Of a stretch of DNA of 64,000 nt, positions 49,080 to 59,574 are shown in pieces. Numbering within the stretch: position 1 is the first letter of the stretch; each line of letters starts with the position of its first letter. The translations under genes were made by a program, and so were the position numbers. Below the pieces are notes generated by a model that had not been told where the DNA came from, did no database searches, and was given only the letters and a program-made list of their open reading frames with translations. This DNA comes from Oikopleura dioica. Lineage: Eukaryota > Animalia > Chordata. The stretch lies in contig OU015567.1 of assembly GCA_907165135.1 (NCBI GenBank), positions 6,014,001 to 6,078,000 of the forward strand. Direction: 5' to 3'.

Positions 49080-50925
49080 TTTTCTCAAGTTTCTCAAGCA
49101 AATCTATTTTTTAAAAAGAAAGCTTGATTTTATCACTTTTAACGAAGTTTATATAGGGCTTTGGCATGCTCGTTTTTCGCAATACCGTTTGGTGGCGAGC
49201 GCGCGCTGTTTTCTTGAAAAATACACCGCTCCATTTCATCAAGAGTACCAGCCGGGAAACGCACAAAAGAAACCTAAAGTAGAGAAATAAAAAATCTTCT
49301 CTGGAAGTGTCAAAATTATATATGGTACAAGGCAACTTGACAAATAGCATATTTAGGCTCTGGTTAGGAAATATACGATGAATGCCCGGTCGAACCAGAA
49401 GATTTTGACTTGGACTGATCAATGTTATATTATATTATATTATATTATATTATATGGGGAACGCATCCCGTTAAAATTACTATGGTAAAATGGAGCGCTT
49501 GATTGCTGCACTCAGCAATTGTTAGGGATAAAGAAAGCAAGCAGTCACGCGTTCGAATCTCTTGTTGATACATGAAATAATGGTGTCCCGTAATTAATTC
49601 GAAACCGATTAACGCTCCTGTTTTACGAAGTAGGAGCAATTATTTTTAGCAAGAATGATATAGCAATATTGCTTTGAATGCAGAACGCAAGAGTACTCTT
49701 GCTTCAGAATTAATTTTTTCATAGAAATGAAATGGTTATGATTTTCTCCCTTCGTAATTCTTTATAAATAAAAGTAAATAAAGTTAAATCTTTATTCGTA
49801 AATTATTAGATTCAATAGTACTTGAGTATGCAGGGCTATCTACAAAATGTCTATCTTTAATAAAAAACCAGACATTCGATCAAAATATATAATATAGGTA
49901 GGGTGAACGTACAAAAAATCAAATCTTGTTTTAGTGGGAGTGAAAGGCTGAAATTTGCAGGATATGTTCTTCATATCCTATAAAAATCATTTTTCAAAAG
50001 AAAAATTATTTTAAAAAGCCCAAGGCGATTCTAGAGGCAGTCAAAAAGTCCCAAAAATCTATCTTTTGAGCGAAGCAAGCACTAGAGTCGTGAATTGGCT
50101 TATTAAACGCGCCTTGAAGAGAGGATCATTTTCCAGCAAAAAAATTTAGTAACGAGTCACCGGTTGGCTCACAATCATCATTTGAAGTCATTTTTTTTTG
50201 TTTTTCAAAAAAGAGTCCTCCGGAGGACTTTTTGCTGGAAGAATGAATAATCTTGAAGATAGATTTTTCTTGTTAATGAAATCTTCTTTAATTTTACCAA
50301 CTGTAATATTTTTGATCAAAATTTTCAGTCCAAATTTTCTGGAGGACCTCGGAGGACCTAATGATGGAAGACAAGTCTTTGGTGGAAGAAAAATAGTTTA
50401 GAAAAATAGAAGAAATAGTGCTCGGCCAGTATATGGCCACCTATGGTCAACTTTGGTCAAGTTCGGCCGGAGGACCCCCGGAGGACCTTCCTGCTGGAAG
50501 ACCAGACGCTGGAAGACCAATATTTAAAATTTTCTATTATGGCTGTGCTCGGCCAATATATGGCCACCTATGGTCAACAATGGTCAAGTTCGGCCGGAGG
50601 ACCCCCGGAGGACCTCCCTGGTGGAAGAGCATCAGCTGGAAGACAAAAATTAAAAAATGAAATGAAATGCCTTGCTCGGCTAAAAATTGAAAATATTGGC
50701 AAATTTAAGTCACTTTATGCCGAAGAACTCCCGGTAGACCCCTTTTGTCGGAAGACAATCAACTGAAAGACCAACATTTAAAATAACCAAAAATAAGTCA
50801 AGTCAATTCAGTGATGAAGGAAGCCACGCCGACCCAGAGATATGTGGCCACTAGATGCAGTGAAAGGCAGGGCAAAACCTTCCAAAAGAGAACAAACGTC
50901 CGTTTGTTCGGCTCGGAAAAGAGCA

Positions 50926-52017
50926 GATCAGAGTCAAGGCGGAGCCGACCCGAAGGGGAGGCCACGCCCGTTCATTTTATTCAATCAGAGTCAGGGCAAA
51001 GCCGACCCGAAGAGGAGGCCACGCACGCTCATTTTATTCGATCAGAGTCAGGGCGAAGCCGACCCGAAGGGGAGGCCACGCACGCTCATTTTATTCAATC
51101 AGAGTCAGGGCGAAGCCGACCCGAAGGGGAGGCCACGCCCGTTCATTTTATTCAATCAGAGTGAGGGCGAAGCCGACCCGAAGGGGAGGCCTCGCCCGTT
51201 CATTTTATTCAATCAGAGTCAGGGCAAAGCCGACCCGAAGGGGAGGCCACGCACGCTCATTCTTTTCAATCAGAGTCAGGGCGAAGCCGACCCGAAGGGG
51301 AGGCCACGCCCATTCATTTTATTCAATCAGAGTCAGGGCGAAGCCGACCCGAAGGGGAGGCCACGCCCGTTCATTTTATTCGATCAGAGTCAGGGCAAAG
51401 CCGACCCGAAGGGGAGGCCACGCACGCTCATTCTTTTCAATCAGAGTCAGGGCGAAGCCGACCCGAAGGGGAGGCCTCGCCCGTTCATTTTATTCAATCA
51501 GAGTCAGGGCAAAGCCGACCCGAAGGGGAGGCCTCGCACGCTCATTCTTTTCAATCAGAGTCAGGGCGAAGCCGACCCGAAGGGGAGGCCACGCCCATTC
51601 ATTTTATTCAATCAGAGTCGTGGCGAAGCCGACCCGAAGGGGAGGCCACGCCCGTTCATTTTATTCAATCAGAGTCAGGGCGAAGCCGACCCGAAGGGAA
51701 GGCAACGCAAGCTCATTCTTTTCAATCAGAGTCAGGGCGAAGCCGACCCGAAGGGGAGGCCACGCAAGCTCATTCTTTTCAATCAGAGTCAGGGCGAAGC
51801 CGACCCGAAGGGGAGGCCACGCACGCTCATTCTTTTCAATCAGAGTCAGGGCGAAGCCGACCCGAAGGGGAGGCCACGCGCGTTAATTTTATTCAATCAG
51901 AGTGAGGGCGAAGCCGACCCGAAGGGGAGGCCATGCCCGTTCATTATATTCAAACAGAGTCAGGGCGAAGCCGGCCCGAAGGGGATCCCTTGGCCGTTTA
52001 TTCTTTTTGATTAGAGT
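50926..52017 (+). repeat. 57-bp minisatellite, about 19 units (left arm)
   Basis: Unit AATCAGAGTCAGGGCGAAGCCGACCCGAAGGGGAGGCCACGCCCGTTCATTTTATTC with variants; translates as a 19-aa repeat. Confidence 0.95.
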
Positions 52018-52261
52018 AAGGGGGAAAATGATTAAATAAATCTTTTCTGGTTCGCTTTCGTATTGTTTAATAATAGATTTTTTCGATATCCCGAATGCTG
52101 AATCTGTAATAACACCTCTCAGATGATTCAAGAGATTGGAGGGTGCAGTTAATCTCAAAGAATGCGGGATCTTGAAATGTTTAAACGGAATGTTGTTGAA
52201 ATGTTTTAAATGTTCAAACCTTGCCTGAACTCAGACCTAATCAAATGATTGGACGATGATT

Positions 52262-53352
52262 TGATTGATTGAAAAAAAATGAACGGGCATGGCCTCCCCT
52301 TCGGGTCGGCTTCGCCCTGACTCTGATTGAATAAAATGAACGGGCGTGGCCTCCCCTTCGGGTCGGCTTCGCCCTGACTCTGATCGAATAAAATGAACGG
52401 GCGTGGCCTCCCCTTCGGGTCGGCTTTGCCCTGACTCTGATTGAATAAAATGAACGGGCGTGGCCTCCCCTTCGGGTCGGCTTCGCCCTCACTCTGATCG
52501 AAAAGAATGAGCGTGCGTGGCCTCCCCTTCGGGTCGGCTTCGCCCTGACTCTGATTGAATAAAATGAGCGTGCGTGGCCTCCCCTTCGGGTCGGCTTCGC
52601 CCTGACTCTGATTGAATAAAATGAACGGGCGTGGCCTCCCCTTCGGGTCGGCTTCGCCCTGACTCTGATTGAATAAAATGAACGGGCGTGGCCTCCCCTT
52701 CGGGTCGGCTTCGCCCTGACTCTGATTGAATAAAATGAACGGGCGTGGCCTCCCCTTCGGGTCGGCTTCGCCCTGACTCTGATTAAAAAGAATGAGCGTG
52801 CGTGGCATCCCCTTCGGGTCGGCTTCGCCCTGACTCTGATCGAATAAAATGAACGGGCGTGGCCTCCCCTTCGGGTCGGCTTTGCCCTGACTCTGATTGA
52901 ATAAAATGAACGGGCGTGGCCTCCCCTTCGGGTCGGCTTCGCCCTCACTCTGATCGAAAGAATGAGCGTGCGTGGCCTCCCCTTCGGGTCGGCTTCGCCC
53001 TGACTCTGATTGAATAAAATGAGCGTGCGTGGCCTCCCCTTCGGGTCGGCTTCGCCCTGACTCTGATTGAATAAAATGAGCGTGCGTGGCCTCCCCTTCG
53101 GGTCGGCTTCGCCCTGACTCTGATTGAATAAAATGAGCGTGCGTGGCCTCCCCTTCAGGTCGGCTTCGCCCTGACTCTGATTGAATAAAATGAACGGGCG
53201 TGGCCTCCCCTTCGGGTCGGCTTCGCCCTGACTCTGATCGAATAAAATGAACGGGCGTGGCCTTCCCTTCGGGTCGGCTTTGCCCTGACTCTGATTGAAT
53301 AAAATGAACGGGCGTGGCCTCCCCTTCGGGTCGGCTCCGCCTTGACTCTGAT
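52262..53352 (-). repeat. 57-bp minisatellite, about 19 units (right arm, inverted)
   Basis: Reverse complement of the left-arm unit; a 1-bp deletion near 52955 shifts the repeat reading frame. Confidence 0.95.
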
Positions 53353-55202
53353 CTGCTCTTTTCCGAGCCGAACAAACGGACGTTTGTTCTCTTTTGGAAG
53401 GTTTTGCCCTGCCTTTCACTGCATCTAGTGGCCACATATCTATGGGTCGGCGTGGCTCCCTTCATCACTGAATTTACTTGACTTATTTTTGGTTATTTTT
53501 AATGTTGGTCTTTCAGTTGATTGTCTTCCGGCAAAAGGGATCTACCGGGAGTTCTTCGGCATAAAGTGACTTAAATTCGCCAATTTTTTCAATTTTTAGC
53601 CGAGCAAGGCATTTCATTTCATTTTTTAATTTTTGTCTTCCAGCTGATGCTCTTCCACCAGGGAGGTCCTCCGGGGGTCCCCGGCCGAACTTGACCAATG
53701 TTGACCCTAGGTGGCCATATATTGGCCGAGCACAGCCATCATAGAAAATTTTAAATATTGGTCTTCCAGCGTCTGGTCTTCCATCAGGAAGGTCCTCCGG
53801 GGGTCCTCCGGCCGAACTTGACCATAGTTGGCCATAATATATTATACTGGCCGAGCACTATTTCTTCTATTTTTCTAAACTATTTTTCTTCCACCAAAGA
53901 CTTGTCTTCCATCATTAGGTCCTCCGAGGTCTTCCAGAAAATTTGGACCAAAAATTTTGATCAAAAATATTACAGTTGGTAAAATTAAAGAAGATTTCAT
54001 TAACAAGAATAATTATTATAATAATATTAATAAATTTTGAGTTCTTCCAGCAGGGCAGCTCTTCCAGCATTGAAAGTCCTCCTTTAGTCCTCCAAGAGGT
54101 CACGTGACTAGATATGATATTAATAATCTAAAAAATTAAGAAAAAATTTTAACAAGTCTTCCTCCAGAAGGAAGTCTTCCAGCAGTTAGTCCTCCGGAGG
54201 ACTTTCACATTGATAATAAGAAAGAAATTTTAAGTTAAAAATGAAAATTTCTAGTGTCAGGGACTGATCTGGAATTTCGTTACTAAATTTTATTAAAGAA
54301 AAATGGCTAAGGAATTCGCCAAAATAAGTTTTTTTTCTTCAACCCTTTTTGCTTGGCTTCGCTTGTCAATTATATACTTTGACAGCCTAAAAAAGGTTGA
54401 AAAACTTGAGAACGCCCTCCGAGAAAAAAATTTAATTAAGAACTTTGGCATGATGTATCACCATGCCAAGTTTCAGTTCAAACGGTCCAGTAGGGAAAAA
54501 GTTGATTTTTTTGTACGTTCACCCTAAATATAGGACGTTCTGTTTAGTTTCAATAAAATCATGAATTGTGCTGCATTCAGCAGTTCAACCGCTGAAGTTG
54601 TTATGAGTAAATCTAACACGGAATCGTGTTGTCTCGCCGTTTCAAAACATGCGTGGTTTTTTCGGACTAATTCATAATTGGTTTCAGCCAGAATAACCAT
54701 CCCTTCTGCCGATTTCGAAATCACAAAAATTGAGCAATCGGCTCTGTTCTACGTAGCAAGGCATTCTTCTCAAATGGTTGAAAACGGAACATGTCGTAAC
54801 AACCGTACAGCTCCCCGCAATAAAGTCACTTTGCTAAGGTACGCGTCAGCCTGGCGCCGATCCCTTCGTTCCAATTTGTCCTTAGTAAGAAATACTAGTG
54901 GTAAAATAAGGTTTATTTTTGACTTTGACCTTCAATTCAATACCCAAATTGAGCAATGGTCCATGGTCCATGGAATTGCTCTCAGAAAAAAGGGACCTCG
55001 AGAAAGTGGCAATTGTGCTACTTTTTACGGTCCATTGAAAGCGCGAATCTGAATGGTGGGTCAGTTTTTTGAATGGAGAGAGTGAATAATCAGTTTTATG
55101 AAGTCTTAGGACAAAAAGATTTCCTCCATTTTACAACTTTGCGTAACCACGGGGATCGAGCAAAGACGGATTAGAGAAAAGTGACAAAATTAATTAATTA
55201 TT

Positions 55203-55641
55203 ATGGCGAGTTGGTATTACGCCATTCCGATAACAATTTTTGTCCTGATCGCCATTTCTTCCTGCTTGTACAGAAGACGAATGTACCAACTGTGGCAACA
55301 GAGACAGCAGACCATAGCCGTTACTCGAGTTCCTAGAGGCCAGTGTCAACGTGTCATAATAACGACTGCTAATTATCCGCATCAACAAGGACAAATTCCT
55401 CCACAACAAATTTCGACGGTCAATACAGTCTCATCAGGTACGAAATCCATCATAAAACCTTTTCTAGCGCCCCTTTCTAGCCTTCGAACCGCCACCGTCT
55501 TATGACGACGCTGCCAGAAACTACCCAAAATACAACGATGGTAGTCAGTTCCCATCCCATCCACCTGGTTATGGAGCTCCTCAAGCTGGCGTTCCTGTAG
55601 CTGGACAGACCTCCGGATTTACAAACAATGCTTTCCGCTAA
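55203..55641 (+). CDS. Small single-pass membrane protein with Q/P-rich cytoplasmic tail and PPxY motif (VOPP1/WBP1/Shisa-tail-like)
   Basis: Exons 55203-55437 and 55481-55641 (GT-AG). TM WYYAIPITIFVLIAISSCLY followed by RRR; tail contains EPPPSYDDA and PPGY. Confidence 0.75.
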
Positions 55642-55731
55642 TCCTTATTTATGACTGAAAGAAAAACGACTGAAAATAAAGAAAACGACAACATGTGATA
55701 TTTTTGAATAGAAATTCTTTTATTGGAGAAC

Positions 55732-56601
55732 TCAGACGGAGGAGCTTCTTTTCTTAGGCGAGCTCGGGAGATGCTGGACCCAAGCTGACTGGATGACATC
55801 CTGAAGTGATATTCTCGAGTACTCGTGGATGCAAAGAACGCGGTTGATCAGCTGCTGGGCTTCTTCGCTCAATCGCTGTTCTTTCAAAAAGTTGCGCATG
55901 AATCCATTTTCTTCCGAGTACTTCCATTCGCCAGCGAGAAGCAGGTACAAAATCGACCCAAGGGACCAAACAGTCACTGGTCCGGGCTTGAAGCTTCCGT
56001 GGCTCTTGAATTCTGGCGGCCAGTAGGCAGCTGTTCCCGAAGGTTTTTCGTAGCGATCTTGGACCTTTTTCGCGCAGCCGAAGTCGATGATTTTGATTTG
56101 AAGGGTGTCGGGGTTGATGAGTACGTTTTCGTCCTTGATGTCAGAATGCATCACTCCGCCCAGATGCATTTTGTAACAAGCGATGACGATTTGGGTCCAA
56201 ATGATTCTCGCGTTTTTCTCGCTCTGGACGCCGTACTTATTGCAGAAGTCGAACAGGTCCATCGTTCCTTCGGGCTTTTCCATAGCGACCGCGAAGTCGT
56301 CTTCTCGCTCGATCCAATCGAGTGGCTTGACGATGAAGGGACGGGCAAGGGAAAAGGCTTTGACGTGAAAGTAGATCTCTGAAGGACATCGAATGCCCTT
56401 GACATCGGCATAGGTTCGGACGGAGGATTTTGGGAAGAACTTGACCACGACGTCGCGGACTTTCTCTCGGGTCAAAAGATCGATTTCGATTCCGTTGTAG
56501 AGGGTTCCGTTTGCTGACTGCATCAGGAGGGAGGTTATTTGGAATCTCGTGAAGAAAGTTGGATGCTTTCGGGATTCGAGCTTCTTGCTGTTTGTACTCA
56601 T
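55732..56601 (-). CDS. PIM-like serine/threonine kinase, intronless
   Basis: 289-aa ORF with VVVKFF, PSEI, MEKPEGTMDLFDF, HSDIKDENVLI, IKIIDFG, GTAAYWPPE and TVWSLG. The DLFDF, DENxL and TVWSLG signatures are those of PIM kinases. Confidence 0.9.
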   Translation of the reverse strand: MSTNSKKLESRKHPTFFTRFQITSLLMQSANGTLYNGIEIDLLTREKVRDVVVKFFPKSSVRTYADVKGIRCPSEIYFHVKAFSLARPFIVKPLDWIEREDDFAVAMEKPEGTMDLFDFCNKYGVQSEKNARIIWTQIVIACYKMHLGGVMHSDIKDENVLINPDTLQIKIIDFGCAKKVQDRYEKPSGTAAYWPPEFKSHGSFKPGPVTVWSLGSILYLLLAGEWKYSEENGFMRNFLKEQRLSEEAQQLINRVLCIHEYSRISLQDVIQSAWVQHLPSSPKKRSSSV

Positions 56602-57033
56602 TTTTTCGTTGCTTGCTTGTTGTTTGTAATTTTATGATTGGAACATCGAAATTTGCTTGTTTATAAACTCCTGCTCTGGCGCTAGAATTGCTGTGGCACC
56701 TGAATGATTCTGAAAAGCTGTCTTCCTGGAAGAAGCAATCAAGGAGCAGTGACGCAGCTGATTGACAGCAGGTGTATTACGGAAGGTTACAATTTCCTAG
56801 TACTGAGAATGATGAACGAACTGTACCCAGCATAGTTTCTGAAAATTCTCCCTCCAAAATAGTAGAATCCTCAAAAACTGATCAAAGCTACCAGCTGAGC
56901 GCTAACCGCAAACCACCTCTTCCCACATATTTAACCCCGTGAAACTTTCTACTTTCTCATATTTGTAAAAAGTTTTAAACTGAAAGAAGTGCTAAAATCT
57001 TTTTTTTTATAAATCGCAGCGGAAGTCGCAGCG

Positions 57034-59149
57034 ATGAGAGGCATCTCTTTTGCTCTGTGTTTGGCTGCTTGGGCTGACGCTGGTCCGAGGCCGCCCGGTT
57101 GGGCGAAGAATTTATTTCAACAGGGGGAAGTGCCGAGGTTGAAGACGATTTCAATCACTTCGTACAACAATCCAAGGAGATTATCGCAAATTTCAAGGAG
57201 CAATTCTTCTCGTCGACCACCCGCACAGGCTCAGAAAAGCACCTGCATCCAGCAGTATGGCGTTGAAGGCGCGATTTCAAACCCCCGCGAACCCTGCTCT
57301 TTCGCGGACGGCTGCTATCCTGCAAACGCCGACCTCTGCTGGGAAGTCAAAGCTGATTGCTCGATGATCGAAGCTCGTTTTACCAAATTTACTGTCGAGG
57401 AAAAAGCAGAAGCGCTCATCGGCTGCCCTTACGATTTTGTCCAGCTCTCTTACGGGCGCGAGGAAGCGACTTTCTGCGATCATTCAGCTGCAAAGATCTC
57501 AAAATCAATGGCTGCTTCGGGGAGAACGAATGATCCGAGGTTCACCGGCTGGTTCGAGTGGACCAATGTTTTCTCGGATGAGCTGAAAGTGAAGCTGAAA
57601 TCGGACTCGTCTGTGCAATTCTACGGGTTTGATCTTGAATGGCGTTGTGTGCCAGAGCCGACTGCTCAAACAACGACTCAGGGAATGATTCCTTTTGCCA
57701 GGGCGCTAGAATTGGCTCCAAGGAACTTTTGCAAAGAAATAGAAGGCGGAAAAAGTGGAGAATTGGCGAATGAACGAGCGCAGTGTGCAGAAAAAGAAGG
57801 CCTTTGCTACTCCAAGGGCTTGTCAGAATGCTGGAAAGTGCAGACTCAATGCAAGAGCATCAGACTTCGATTTAATCAATTTGAAGTTGAGGAGCCTCAG
57901 ACGGCTGTAAAAGGAAGAAACAAATGCTCAAAGGATCGAGTTTTGATGATTTTTGGCGGCAGAGAAGTTGAGTTTTGCGATGAAAGTCTGAACAATGAGA
58001 AAATGAAGAGGAAAAATCAAAGATCGGATCCGTTTGTCGCCGGCTGGTTTGGCTGGAAAGTGATTGAAGAGAGCGAGTTTCAAGTGAAGCTCGAATCGAA
58101 TGAGGAAAATGAATTCTATGGATTTGATCTTGAGTGGGAATGCGAAGAAGAAATGGAAGAACAGGCAAGGGTGCAAGAAACAACAACAGAATTGCCAACA
58201 ACAACCGAGTTTTTCACAACAACCGAGTTTTTGCCGACATCAACAACGGTTGTCTCAACTACTGAATTCCTGACAACAACAACGACAGTCATCTCAACCA
58301 CGGAATACGCAACTACATCAACCACAGTTGTCGAAACAACCACACTTCCAGAAGAAACAACAACTTTTGTGACAACAACGACGATGGGTCCTACATCGAC
58401 AAATATTCTTACTACGACCTGGCCTGCATCAATCACCACAACTTCCTCCTCGACTACCACTACGACAACAACTACGACGACGACAACTCCAACATCCAAG
58501 ACTTCCAAGAGCATGACTCGGACTTGGACAGCTTCAGCTCCCAACCCAACCGCTTCTGATTTCGATCTCAGAAACGTCGAGGACTTGATCGTCTTCCTGA
58601 CTCAGAAATCAACCTTCCTGGTCGAAATGATCACCAGCTACGATTGCAAGTTCTCCAAGCTCTTTCATATCAAAGCAAAAGTCCCAATGTACCAGAAGCG
58701 ATTTGCAAGGCTCTTCCGAACCGTCATTTTTCGGGAGTCCTTTCCTGAAAAATACGCTGCCGACGCTGCGAAACTTGTCAATCGACCCTGCCAATTCCTC
58801 AAAGGTGGAATCAGAATCCCTGTCAGCGAAGATTTGATGCAAAAAGTCACGAGTCATTTTCAATACAGTAAGATTCTAGATGCTTTTGTTTAACTTCATT
58901 GATATCATAGATGAGAACGATCGAGAAAACAACGATTTCACCGCCTACGAGGAGTTGCGAGGGATGAAAGTCATTTACGACCAACTGCTGGCTGAGCAAT
59001 TTCCTGTCAAGGGATTAGCAGTCAAAGTACTTCCCGGCTCGTGCTCAAATGCGCAGGTGACTACCATGTACAGCAAGATGAATACTTTCGCACGATTGAT
59101 CGATTCCATTGGCAAGTTTGTCGGAGGAAAAGAAGCGTTGTACTGCTAG
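57034..59149 (+). CDS. Secreted protein with two CUB-like domains, Thr-rich mucin stalk and a C-terminal helical domain; candidate house protein
   Basis: Exons 57034-58867 and 58911-59149 (GT-AG). Signal peptide; two C-W..F..F.VEE..C.YD/KD.V..FC..SD.S..FYGFDLEW.C units; T-rich region at about 58180-58500. Confidence 0.85.
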
Positions 59150-59574
59150 AAGATTTAATACTGTAATGAACTGATGAAGGGAAGAATCGAGCTTGAGAGC
59201 AAAAATAGTACTTTATGAAGGAACAAAATTTCTTATCATTTATCAGTTAGGCGATAAAAAAATTTGCTTTTTATCTTTATCCTTTTAAAGCATAAAATTA
59301 AAAATTATCATTTTTCTTAGTGCGTGAAGATTGATAACGGATTAATTTTTGGCTAAAGTCAAAAGATGATTAAGCAAATAATAAAAAATAATATTCCTGA
59401 GAGTACTTGTATAAAAATAATTTGCTTTATGAAGGCTCTAATTTGTTTGAAAGAGATCAATATCTTTTTTATCAGCCTGAGGTTCAAAGTCTGTACATAA
59501 AAATAATTTTATAAAAAAAACTGTACCGGTACTTTTAATAAAAATTAAGAGAAATGACGGCCATTGATTCAGAA

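Larger units (their letters stand above)
49899..54526. mobile_element. 4.6-kb non-autonomous hAT-type foldback element
   Basis: TIR TAGGGTGAACGTACAAAAAA(A)TCAA at both ends and a perfect 8-bp TSD AATATAGG (49891-98 and 54527-34). Internal inverted arms of about 1.75 kb (about 50265-52010 vs about 52255-54010). No transposase ORF. Confidence 0.92.

Noticed and set aside
48750-49097. ORF listed as + strand in the supplied track
   Set aside because: The peptide MKLLAQFLVAFEG reads from the minus strand (ATG at 49079); treated as exon 1 of the 47273-49079 gene.
50926-53352. CRISPR-like or hammerhead-ribozyme array
   Set aside because: Units are contiguous with no unique spacers, there are no cas genes and the context is eukaryotic. 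CTGATTGA is present but the hammerhead GAAA core and stems are not.
50811-53468. Long ORFs (390, 241, 420, 398 aa) with 19-aa repeats
   Set aside because: They arise because a stop-free 57-bp unit is open in several frames. They occur in both arms, switch frame at a 1-bp deletion, and resemble no protein.
54527-55052. Degenerate minus-strand frame that appears to continue across the hAT empty site, and a 124-aa plus ORF
   Set aside because: Several in-frame stops and no recognisable motif; cannot be supported as gene or pseudogene.
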